Shown here one piece after another: positions 17,943-26,804 of a stretch of 64,000 bases of DNA. Positions within the stretch are counted from its first letter, which is position 1; every line of letters starts with the position of its first letter. Source of the DNA: Patescibacteria group bacterium (GTDB lineage: Bacteria > Patescibacteriota > Microgenomatia > Daviesbacterales > UBA10151); contig CALRFD010000003.1 of NCBI GenBank assembly GCA_943356485.1, positions 7,702-71,701 on the forward strand, written 5' to 3'. A program made the position numbers and the translations under genes. The notes under the pieces are model-generated. The model was not told the origin of the DNA. It was given only the letters and a program-made list of their open reading frames with translations, and did not search any database.

Positions 17943-19220
17943 TTACTTTGCAGCAGCCATAACACGCTTCATAAAGTCATCTCTAAATTGAGGCATATCT
18001 TCTCTAGAAAACTTTCTTAAATCAGACCAGTCGATTTCTTCTAAAACCTCACGTTGGGGATCATTACTTAAATATGCATCACTAAATGCATCTGCTAATA
18101 TAGGCCTTAAAGGCATTCTAATACCCTTAGGTCTCAAAGCTTTAAGTATTTTCTGAGCCGTTTTACTAATTTTTTGGTCGTTTGTTTCACCGGAATCTCT
18201 TAAGTATTTACTAACTAAGCTCAAGGCTGTTGAATCTGGGTCATATTTTTCCGCAATATGAGTATTTGCAACATAAGGTTCTACAAGCATCCTTCTAAAT
18301 GTGTCATAATCATACTCCTGTAATTCTCGGTGGTGAAAATCACGGATTTCTGCTGCTGTTCTTATATCTTCCGGATGATCTTGCATATATGCCCGAATAA
18401 AAAATTCCATAAAATATTCGGAATCTCTTTGAGTAGCACAGTCTAAATCCACTATCGACAAGCCAGTCTTACCTCCATTATCACTTATCATCATATTTCC
18501 AGGATGTGAATTTGTGCCTAATCCTCTCATATCCTCAGACCATGAGTACCCTAAATCATGAAATATTCTTAAAACTCGTCCGCTCATCTTAGCAAGTTTG
18601 ATAAATACATCCAACATCCTATCAGCCTGAGATCTATCAAGATACCTAAAGGGTAGTGTAGTTTCAGCAGCATTTAGCATTCCCCCAAGCCTATCATCGC
18701 CGTCTACTTCATAAATTGCCGCACCGCATGGACTTCCATCAATCGGACAATTATAGTCTATTAAAGCTGCTGGTTTAACTCCATAATACAATTCCTTCTC
18801 TCTTAATGCTTTACCTAAATCTCCAATAATTCCCAGTTCGTATTCTGCAGCGTCCAAAAACATTCCACCTTTTACGTCTTGGCTGCCGACTGCAGTAGTA
18901 ATCAACTCACCATTTACTAAAGAAACGCCTTTAGCTCGGTACAACTTTCCATTAAACATGACTAGTGTTGAGCGAACTCCACTTGGGATTGTTCGTAAAT
19001 CAGACAAAGGTTCTGTCTGTACCTGTGGTAGTTCTCCCGGGAAATCTCGACGAAATATAGGTATGCCTAATTCTCCTCCAAATACATATTCTGCATTTGG
19101 ATCAGGCCTGACAACACAAGGTTCACCTCGAGGTATGAGTAGATGTGAATCTACCTCTTGATTATTCATTTCCTTTTTTCCGTTTGAATAAGGTTCAATA
19201 AAGGGTTCGCCTATTTCCAT
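17943..19220 (-). CDS. Hypothetical protein with protein-kinase-like/APH-like motifs (GTNSHPGNMMI catalytic-loop-like, SIVDLDCA DFG-like)
   Basis: Motif resemblance only. The position corresponding to the catalytic Asp (HGDxHPGN) is N/S here. Confidence 0.35.
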   Translation of the reverse strand: MEIGEPFIEPYSNGKKEMNNQEVDSHLLIPRGEPCVVRPDPNAEYVFGGELGIPIFRRDFPGELPQVQTEPLSDLRTIPSGVRSTLVMFNGKLYRAKGVSLVNGELITTAVGSQDVKGGMFLDAAEYELGIIGDLGKALREKELYYGVKPAALIDYNCPIDGSPCGAAIYEVDGDDRLGGMLNAAETTLPFRYLDRSQADRMLDVFIKLAKMSGRVLRIFHDLGYSWSEDMRGLGTNSHPGNMMISDNGGKTGLSIVDLDCATQRDSEYFMEFFIRAYMQDHPEDIRTAAEIRDFHHRELQEYDYDTFRRMLVEPYVANTHIAEKYDPDSTALSLVSKYLRDSGETNDQKISKTAQKILKALRPKGIRMPLRPILADAFSDAYLSNDPQREVLEEIDWSDLRKFSREDMPQFRDDFMKRVMAAAK

Positions 19221-19352
19221 GTCTTGAATTGTAACACAATAGTAATTTTAATACGAAATATAAATATCACCTTCCATTTGACCTAGGCAGGCACATTTAC
19301 TTTGAAGGTAAGCCCTATAGTTGATAGTTTCGTTCTTCTATGATAAACTGCT

Positions 19353-20003
19353 TTGATGAATCCAGAGAATAAAACCTTCAGTCAACTCGATAAAGCATCA
19401 GTTGTTAAACCTGCTGAATTGATTGAGACTCTGATACAATATTCTACTGGATCCTGGGGGATATCGGCAAGAGTAGTTGCTGGACTGATTTACAGTACGC
19501 CGTTACGTGAAGATGATTTAGTTATAATTGAATCCGCTGCAATAATTTGCGCAGAAAATCAATTAGTTAAGGTGTTACCGTACTTGGATAAGGTTGGTAG
19601 GGAGAGGTTTAATTCTGTAACGAACAATATAGTGCAATACTGCGCAGTGGGTCGGTTAGCGGAAAAGTTACTTCAAGAAGGGCAGTTTATAACAGAACCT
19701 GAAGATTTATCTAACGATATGCGAGGATTTCATATTGGAGATATACTTACTGTAGTAACCGGGCGATCATTATCACCCCGATCTACTGTTGGTGTCTATG
19801 ATATTCTTAATTTTTTAACAGGGAACGATATGGCTACTCATGATTTAGATAGTGTGCTAAAAGAGTGTCAGCCTCATTTGATTTTGCAACACCCTCAACT
19901 AAAAGAAGTGGATACCCAAGAGCTGGGTTCTGGTAATTGGCGCCAATGGTTGTCGGATCAGGCCAGGAGATATGGTTTAATATTACCTGTTAAGCCTATT
20001 TAG
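19353..20003 (+). CDS. Hypothetical protein
   Basis: 216-aa ORF with no recognised motifs. Confidence 0.35.
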   Translation: MMNPENKTFSQLDKASVVKPAELIETLIQYSTGSWGISARVVAGLIYSTPLREDDLVIIESAAIICAENQLVKVLPYLDKVGRERFNSVTNNIVQYCAVGRLAEKLLQEGQFITEPEDLSNDMRGFHIGDILTVVTGRSLSPRSTVGVYDILNFLTGNDMATHDLDSVLKECQPHLILQHPQLKEVDTQELGSGNWRQWLSDQARRYGLILPVKPI

Positions 20004-20029
20004 TTTAAAAAAGTTATACTTTAGTCCAA

Positions 20030-20866
20030 ATGAGTAAGCCAATATCAGTTATATTAATGCAAACCCGATCGTCTCGGGCGCTAAATGTCGGCTATCTTAA
20101 GAAGAATAAATTTATCCCCTGCCGGCTTAACTTAGGGGTAGAGAGACAAAACCATACTCTTTTAGCCACGATTGATTCCTTAAAACTACCGACAGCGCAG
20201 AAAATATTAAAAAAATTTAAGGCCAGGGAAATCTCTACAGTCAGTATTTTGCGGGAGGCCTTAGCTTGTCAATTGGGTTTTGCTTTATCTAAAGCCGGAG
20301 TTATTAATCACTTTGGAGATTGTTTTATCGGAGCAACTCATGTTAAGGAACAGGGAACTATAGTTACTAAGTATCAATATGAGAACGCAGAGGGTTTATG
20401 TAAAGGAGGGCTTTGGGTGATTGCCGACAGTATCTGTGTGGGTCGCAATTTAGGAAAAACTATGCAGTCGCTGCTCTCAAAATACCAACCGCAGGAAGTT
20501 TTGTTTATCTGTCCGATGGCCAGTCAATTGGGTATAAAAAACATCAGCCGGATTGTAGAAAAATATCATATTCCGCTAACCTTTATCGTTTGGGGGGCAG
20601 TCTTTGGGGTGGATAAGGATAATTTATATGATATGCCCTGGGGACATCAGGATACCAAGCCCTTGGATTTAAGGGATCAAAAAACTTTTATAAAGATGTA
20701 CGGATCAAATCTTTGTGTGGGGGGTGATTTTGGCAATGACTATTACTGTCCATCTGCGGCTGAAAAGCTTTATAGAGAGCAACTAAGAGAGCACAACATA
20801 ACCCCAAATATCCCCTCTGTTAAAGAAGTACTGGCTATCTATAAGGATGAGGAGTTATTAGCTTGA
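20030..20866 (+). CDS. Hypothetical protein (weak PRTase-like WVIADSICVGRN segment)
   Basis: 278-aa ORF. The motif resemblance is weak. Confidence 0.3.
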   Translation: MSKPISVILMQTRSSRALNVGYLKKNKFIPCRLNLGVERQNHTLLATIDSLKLPTAQKILKKFKAREISTVSILREALACQLGFALSKAGVINHFGDCFIGATHVKEQGTIVTKYQYENAEGLCKGGLWVIADSICVGRNLGKTMQSLLSKYQPQEVLFICPMASQLGIKNISRIVEKYHIPLTFIVWGAVFGVDKDNLYDMPWGHQDTKPLDLRDQKTFIKMYGSNLCVGGDFGNDYYCPSAAEKLYREQLREHNITPNIPSVKEVLAIYKDEELLA

Positions 20867-21528
20867 ATAATAGGGCTTTGTAATTTAGCTGCTTCATCAT
20901 CTTTTGTTTGCTCAGGTTTATGCTTCTCCGCTACTGTCGCAGAAAGCAGTAAGGCTACAGGAAAAATTTCTTCGAAACTGGCATCCTGATGGTTGGTATG
21001 TATCAGCAGAGATCTTATGGCTACTAGACTTTTTTCACCTGCCACGATATGAAAACAGGAATAGTATTCCAAAACATAACCCGGCCTTTCAGGAAGTAAA
21101 ATACCGTTAAATCTTGAGCCTGGCAAAGTTGTCTTGATAAGTCTTATTACTTCAGGTCCTCCATCTAAATCTACTGCTGTTGCCTGGTCAGGCTTTTCTA
21201 TCAGGGTTCTTGTTAAAAGAGCGGCTTTAAATATTGTATCCTCTTCAACTTCCAGCTTTTCCGCCAGATTGCTGACCCCCTCTTTTGCTAAATCTGAAAG
21301 CCTGTCTTTGAAACCTTCAATCTCAGGAGCTTTTTTAAACATCCACTCTTCAACAACCGGCCGGCCGCTTCTGATCAGGATGATCTGGTTTTTATAAACA
21401 GGACTTAAGTTTACCTCAGTTAGTACTAAACCTGCAGGAATATCTGACTCTGCTGAAAATTTGGCTTCGATTTTTTCCTTAAAGCCGGTTATTAAAGCCG
21501 ATTCCTCCTCTGCCAGTCGTTCAATCAT
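20839..21528 (-). CDS. Hypothetical protein
   Basis: 229-aa ORF. Confidence 0.35.
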   Translation of the reverse strand: MIERLAEEESALITGFKEKIEAKFSAESDIPAGLVLTEVNLSPVYKNQIILIRSGRPVVEEWMFKKAPEIEGFKDRLSDLAKEGVSNLAEKLEVEEDTIFKAALLTRTLIEKPDQATAVDLDGGPEVIRLIKTTLPGSRFNGILLPERPGYVLEYYSCFHIVAGEKSLVAIRSLLIHTNHQDASFEEIFPVALLLSATVAEKHKPEQTKDDEAAKLQSPIIQANNSSSL

Positions 21529-21607
21529 TTGTATCCTTGTTTATTTTATACAATAAATTGCAAAAAACAAGACTATCCTACTTGCTTCAACAACTCACCA
21601 GCTAGAC

Positions 21608-22810
21608 TTGTGTCTATACTCTATTTATGTTAAAGTTGCCTGCATGATTGAGCATATAAACTGGGCAGCAAAAGTTAATTCTGTAGCCGTATCCGCAGGG
21701 CGTGCACCGAAACTTATAGACCTTGAGGGAGACTATGAATATTATGCGGCTATTGGCTCTGTTGTTGAATTTGCTACAAGAGCTCAAAGCAGCTATTTAG
21801 AAAAAATGCGTGGACGGCTTTTGATGAAACTGCCGGGAGCCCAAAAAGCTTTGGTAAATGTCTTCACTGAAGCAGCTTTCTTGGATAAAAATGGGACATT
21901 AGATGGAATAACAGCAAAATTCCAGAAAGTAGCAGAGGTAAGTTTACCTGCAGTAATCGATAAATTAGCAGAGCAACCAGGAGAATCTAATCAGGAAGAT
22001 ATGCAGGAGGTGTCTAAAGCATTAAGAGAGGGTGATCAAATGCTCAGATTAAAATTCCTGCTGGATAGCCACAGGTACTTTACTACTAAGTTAGGGCTGA
22101 ATTCCTTTATAGGAGCTACATTTTTATCAAAGCTGGCTGCAAAATCCTTGCCTGGATATGCAAACCCTCAACCGGAGAATCTTACCAGGGAATTTATTGA
22201 AAAAATAGATAATTATGGTTTAGGGGAATATGTATATCTTGATTACTTCCTGACTGGAATAAGCGAAGTAGACAGGGTGGGGAAAGCATTTTCAACTGAA
22301 GCATTGTTTAGGCCAAGTATAAATGAAGTAACTTCAGTTTCTTACGAGCAACGCGAGGAAAATTGGAGAGAAGGTCAAGCAAATTATCGAACAAAAAGAG
22401 CTGAGATTGCTCAAAGACTTGGTGAATATATGGATGCAGGAGTCCTTGATTTGGATGCACTATTTAATAAAATTAATAGGGAATGGTTACGGCAAAATAC
22501 CAATGAAGCAGTTACTTTTATAACAGAAACCCTTAGCCATCCGATGACCAGGGCAATCATAGATTTTTCGAAAGACTCAAGATTTAGGTCTTCATTGGGC
22601 AAACCCTTACCAAACTTTTCAGCTATAGCCACTGCCATGATTAATGTGGCTGGATATAGAGAGAATAACACATCAGAATTAAGGGATACTATGCTTGGGC
22701 AGGTAACTGATAGGTTTATTACTTTTGTAATTGGGTTGTATGGCTTGGAAGTTGGAAGAAATAGATACAATCCTTCTTCGTCTGATTCAAATAAGAGCTT
22801 GTTAAACTAA
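21608..22810 (+). CDS. Hypothetical protein
   Basis: 400-aa ORF. Confidence 0.35.
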   Translation: MCLYSIYVKVACMIEHINWAAKVNSVAVSAGRAPKLIDLEGDYEYYAAIGSVVEFATRAQSSYLEKMRGRLLMKLPGAQKALVNVFTEAAFLDKNGTLDGITAKFQKVAEVSLPAVIDKLAEQPGESNQEDMQEVSKALREGDQMLRLKFLLDSHRYFTTKLGLNSFIGATFLSKLAAKSLPGYANPQPENLTREFIEKIDNYGLGEYVYLDYFLTGISEVDRVGKAFSTEALFRPSINEVTSVSYEQREENWREGQANYRTKRAEIAQRLGEYMDAGVLDLDALFNKINREWLRQNTNEAVTFITETLSHPMTRAIIDFSKDSRFRSSLGKPLPNFSAIATAMINVAGYRENNTSELRDTMLGQVTDRFITFVIGLYGLEVGRNRYNPSSSDSNKSLLN

Positions 22811-22889
22811 TTTTACTTCAAGATACTCTGGTTCAAGAATAGAAATCATTTAGGAATTATCATATAATACAAACTTAAGGCTTAAGTAT

Positions 22890-24206
22890 ATGCCAAAAAC
22901 AATAGCAATCATCGGCGGAGGGGGAAGGGAGTCAGCACTGGTTGATGCATATGCAAGGAGTAAATCCGTTGCGAGGATTTTGGTTTTCCCGGGAAATGAT
23001 CTGATGCAGGCAAATACAAAGAAGCCGGTCAAAACCTACCCTTATATTAAAACCACAGATATCTCTAAAATTGTTGCCGAGTGCAAAAAAGAAAAAGTCT
23101 TTTTGGTTGATGTCGCGCAGGATAATGCGGTTGCCTCCGGGGCAGTGGATGAACTTAGCAAAGCTGGAATAATTGCAGTCGGACCAACAAAGCTAGCCGG
23201 TCAGATTGAATGGGATAAGGCTTGGGCTAGGGAGTTTGGTAAAAGAATTGGTTTGTCTCAGCCGGCATTAAAAATCTGCCGCTCAAAAAAAGAAGCCGAA
23301 GATTTTTTAAAGATCCAGAAGGATCAGGCCTGGTTTATTAAAGCTGCCGGTTTGGCTGAAGGTAAAGGAGTATTGCCTGCAAGAAATAATAAGGAAGCTT
23401 TGGAGAAGGTAGCGCAGATGCAAAACTTTGGGGTTGCCGGAGAAGTTTTTTTAATTGAGTCGTGGTTGGAAGGAGAGGAGTTTTCTACCTATGTTTTTTG
23501 TGACGGGAAAAATTATCAGATGGTTGGCAGTGCTCAGGATCATAAACGGATAAATGATTATGACGAAGGGGCAAACACCGGAGGTATGGGTTGCAGTAGC
23601 CCCCCGTTGGTATTAAGCAGGGAGCTTTTAAAGCTAGTCCAAACAGAGATTTTAGATAAGGTCATAAAAGGTTTGAGTGAGGAGAAAAGACCGTATAAAG
23701 GAGTTTTGTATCTAGGGGGGATGGTAGTGAAGCAAGGTGACCAGTTAAAGCCATATGTTATAGAATTTAACGCCCGCTGGGGTGATCCGGAAGCGCAAGT
23801 GATAGTACCGGGTATAAAAAATGACTTATTTGATATCAGCATGGCTATATACAAAGGTGATATTAGTAAATTGAAGATTAAAACAGATGGAAAAGCCCGG
23901 GTGGTGGTAGCCGGAGTTTCAAAAGGCTATCCGCTTGATTATTCAAAGGTTAAGGATAAGCAGGTTTTTGGTTTAGATGAAGCCGGGAAAATTTCCGGAG
24001 TAAAGATTTATGGAGCCGGAATAAAGGTTATAGATAATAAGCATTATGCCTCTGGCGGCAGATTATTTTATATTGTCGGGGAAGGGAAGACAGTTATTGA
24101 GGCCAGACAAAAGGCATATGAGGCGATGTCTTTGATTTTCGTTGAAGGCAATAACCTGCATTACCGGACAGATATCGGCTGGAGAGACGTGGAGAGATTA
24201 AGATAA
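22890..24206 (+). CDS. purD: Phosphoribosylamine--glycine ligase (GAR synthetase)
   Basis: N-terminal IAIIGGGGRESAL. ATP-grasp organisation. 438 aa. Confidence 0.9.
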   Translation: MPKTIAIIGGGGRESALVDAYARSKSVARILVFPGNDLMQANTKKPVKTYPYIKTTDISKIVAECKKEKVFLVDVAQDNAVASGAVDELSKAGIIAVGPTKLAGQIEWDKAWAREFGKRIGLSQPALKICRSKKEAEDFLKIQKDQAWFIKAAGLAEGKGVLPARNNKEALEKVAQMQNFGVAGEVFLIESWLEGEEFSTYVFCDGKNYQMVGSAQDHKRINDYDEGANTGGMGCSSPPLVLSRELLKLVQTEILDKVIKGLSEEKRPYKGVLYLGGMVVKQGDQLKPYVIEFNARWGDPEAQVIVPGIKNDLFDISMAIYKGDISKLKIKTDGKARVVVAGVSKGYPLDYSKVKDKQVFGLDEAGKISGVKIYGAGIKVIDNKHYASGGRLFYIVGEGKTVIEARQKAYEAMSLIFVEGNNLHYRTDIGWRDVERLR

Positions 24207-24309
24207 GAGGTTTGGTACTTGTTTGATTATTTATACTTTTGGGAAGAGCTATCAGTTGTTGCGGGTGAAACCAGTAGATGTAAGTGAATTTTTTAAAAAT
24301 CCGTCTCCA

Positions 24310-24330
24310 TTTTTTGCTCTGTTAAATAAG
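24310..24330 (+). repeat. 21-bp direct repeat TTTTTTGCTCTGTTAAATAAG, copy 1
   Basis: Perfect match to 30181-30201. Confidence 0.9.
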
Positions 24331-24348
24331 ATTGTAGTATTTCAAAAG

Positions 24349-24400
24349 GTCTAATCTCCCCAGGTGACCTATATTCTACACCCCCCAGGTGAGCTTATTT
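24349..24400 (+). repeat. REP-like family 2 copy (TCTAATCTCCCCAGGTGACCTATATTCTACACCCCCCAGGTGAGCTTA)
   Basis: Matches 31362-31412 over 48 bp with 3 mismatches. The core is shared with 41864-41898 and, inverted, with 41138-41170. Confidence 0.7.
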
Positions 24401-24432
24401 GCGGATTTAAGTTATATGCCATATACTTTTAA

Positions 24433-24732
24433 ATGAGCATGAATCCAGAAGCAACCTCACATTCTAATCCTGAACACCCAAAAGAATTAGCGTTAAGTCC
24501 TCAGGAAAAAAACAGGTTAATCGCTCATTTGGGAAGAGTGTATTCCAGAAGATATGATATTCAGGTTCTACCATCCCATGAACGTGGGGTTTGGGCTACT
24601 GGACTTGATCCAGAAACAAATATTGAGTTAGAGAAATATATGACTGGTCAAAGAGATAGCCTGGATGATTTGCCACCCGATGCTTTATCCCAAAAAAAAT
24701 TCTTTATGATGCAGAGTCAGCCCAGGGGATGA
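24433..24732 (+). CDS. N-terminal segment of the metallopeptidase/VWA protein, separated from the next ORF by a -1 frame change at an A8 tract
   Basis: The ORF ends 4 nt into the start of the 666-aa ORF. The downstream ORF's frame is open back to 24669, so one extra A in the 24692-24699 run fuses them: ...SQKK|ILYDAESAQGMSMDQ... Confidence 0.5.
   Translation: MSMNPEATSHSNPEHPKELALSPQEKNRLIAHLGRVYSRRYDIQVLPSHERGVWATGLDPETNIELEKYMTGQRDSLDDLPPDALSQKKFFMMQSQPRG
24693..24699 (+). other. A_AAA_AAA heptamer within an A8 run: candidate -1 programmed frameshift site or homopolymer indel
   Basis: In the ORF1 frame the codons are caA AAA AAA ttc. A -1 slip reads AAA AAA ATT CTT TAT and enters the HExxH-VWA ORF frame. 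Confidence 0.45.
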
Positions 24733-26729
24733 GTATGGATCAAATCTCTACTATTCTTCATCACGAAGCTGGTCATGCTAAATATACTGATTTCCGTTTA
24801 ATGATGGAGGGGCAAAAACAAGCTAAAGATGAAGGCTACCTGCCAACAAGTTTTTGGTTGATGTTTGAAGGAATAGAAGATCCAAGAGTCAATAGTTTAG
24901 AAGGCGAAGAGTCTCCGGCAATAGACCGCCAGATTAGAACTAACCAGGGGAAGGATCTGGAAGAAAGAATAACTGAAACACCCCTATCAAGCAGGCCGTT
25001 ATTATTACAATTTGCTTATAATTCTTCCCACTATTGGCTACACGGAAAAGGTATACCGGAGCTAGAGGATACTGATGTTGGCAGATTAGGTGAAGTTGCA
25101 AAGCCGTTACTGGAACAGTACTTTTTAAATACTGATGTAGACATAAGAAGGTTATTACAAAAACAAATTTGGGATATTGCAAAGGAGCTTGAAAAGAAAG
25201 ATATAGAAGATGAAGAAAAGCGTCAGATGGCTGAACGAAAACAAAGATCAAAACAGCAACAGGAAGAAGGACAATCAGGTGAGGGTCAATCCGGAACTCC
25301 CAATATCCCAGGAGGAGGAGAGCCGCGTCAGAATGCAGCTTCTGCGCAAGGAAGTAAACGTTTTATAGATCGTTTAAAGCAAGCAATCCTTGGTCGGCCA
25401 AATCAAAGTACATCTAACAACTCGGACAGTGGCTTTGAAAGTGACTCCTCGGAGGTGGGCGGCGAAGCAGGTCATCAAATTAGTAAGCCCTCCTTTGAAA
25501 AAAAACCAGAGAGGTTTGATCTGTCAAAACTCTCAGATGAAGAGCTCCAAGATATTAAAGATGCAATAGACCAGCTACCCCCTGAAGAACGCGCAGAACT
25601 TACTAAAGTAGCCAGAATAACTGTAGACGAAATACAAAAAGCAGCCCTGGAGGAAGAGCTGGGAAAAACAATGAAACTGGAGAGAAATAAAAAAACAGGT
25701 GAATATGAGATCAGACCGCAAACTGTAGATGAAAAAGCGCAAAAGCAGGCGGAGCATGATTATAAGGAGGCTTTATCGGAGGTTGAAGCAGAGGAGCAGG
25801 CTGAGTATGAAAGAGAAGAAGCAGAAAGAAGACATCAGGAAGGGTTACTTAAGCAATTGGAACAAGCCAGAAAAGAAAAAATAGAAATGGAAAAAGCAGG
25901 TTTTAATGAGGACGAGCAGGATAAATACTTACTTTACCAGTCCTTAGAAGATGCAATGTATTCCTATGTCAGAAATTTTAAACAAGCCATCGGAAGAATC
26001 ATTCCAAGAAGAAAAGAGCCAATATATGAAGGCGGTTATTTTAACGGGTCTAAGCTTGACAGAAGGGAGTTAATCCGCAAAGCTCCTTTGGGTGATGAGC
26101 AGTTTCATATGAGACAGGTAGAAAAACCAACCGGTGAACCCAGATTATTTATTGGGTTACTCATTGATAATAGCGGCTCAATGCAGGGAAGAAAAATGGA
26201 GGAGGCAAGAAAAGCTACAATCTTTTTTGCCAGGGTTTGTAAGGACATGGGTATTCCATTTATGGCAACTGCATTTGGAGATAAGGCAGAGGTTATAAAG
26301 GAATTCAGACAGGATTTTGATGACAGGTCTCAAAGAATAAAGCCTAAATTGATTGAAGCAACCGAAGCTCTTGGCGGAAGTACTAATCTTCATGCAGGAA
26401 TTAAGATGACTATTGAAGCTATGAATGAGCAAAGAAGAAGGCTTAGGGATTCTCATGGTTTAATCCTGGTTATTACAGACGGTGAAGCAAATAAGGGGCT
26501 TAGCGGAGATGCTCTAGGCGATTATATAAAAGAAAATCAAGGCAGACTCACCTTTAAAGGATTTGGACTATCAGCTGGGGAGCAGGAGAGAGCTAAGATT
26601 CAAACTTATTTAAACCTTTATTTTGGTGAAAGTAACTGCGCATATCCTGAAAACTTTGAGGATTTACCAGACGAAGCATTTAGACTGCTTCGGATTAACC
26701 TGATTCAGCTCCAAAGGTTCTTGTCATAA
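24729..26729 (+). CDS. HExxH metallopeptidase-like N-domain, acidic/coiled-coil linker and C-terminal von Willebrand factor A (MIDAS) domain protein (DUF2201/CoxE-like class)
   Basis: ILHHEAGHAKY (HExxH). EK/Q-rich low-complexity middle. VWA with MIDAS residues DNSGS...GGST...ITDGEAN. Confidence 0.7.
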   Translation: MSMDQISTILHHEAGHAKYTDFRLMMEGQKQAKDEGYLPTSFWLMFEGIEDPRVNSLEGEESPAIDRQIRTNQGKDLEERITETPLSSRPLLLQFAYNSSHYWLHGKGIPELEDTDVGRLGEVAKPLLEQYFLNTDVDIRRLLQKQIWDIAKELEKKDIEDEEKRQMAERKQRSKQQQEEGQSGEGQSGTPNIPGGGEPRQNAASAQGSKRFIDRLKQAILGRPNQSTSNNSDSGFESDSSEVGGEAGHQISKPSFEKKPERFDLSKLSDEELQDIKDAIDQLPPEERAELTKVARITVDEIQKAALEEELGKTMKLERNKKTGEYEIRPQTVDEKAQKQAEHDYKEALSEVEAEEQAEYEREEAERRHQEGLLKQLEQARKEKIEMEKAGFNEDEQDKYLLYQSLEDAMYSYVRNFKQAIGRIIPRRKEPIYEGGYFNGSKLDRRELIRKAPLGDEQFHMRQVEKPTGEPRLFIGLLIDNSGSMQGRKMEEARKATIFFARVCKDMGIPFMATAFGDKAEVIKEFRQDFDDRSQRIKPKLIEATEALGGSTNLHAGIKMTIEAMNEQRRRLRDSHGLILVITDGEANKGLSGDALGDYIKENQGRLTFKGFGLSAGEQERAKIQTYLNLYFGESNCAYPENFEDLPDEAFRLLRINLIQLQRFLS

Positions 26730-26804
26730 TTTTAACCTTAATGAAAGCCGCTAAAGCGTATTGAGAGATTGATTTATATTCAATAAATCTGGTACGTTAA
26801 ATAT

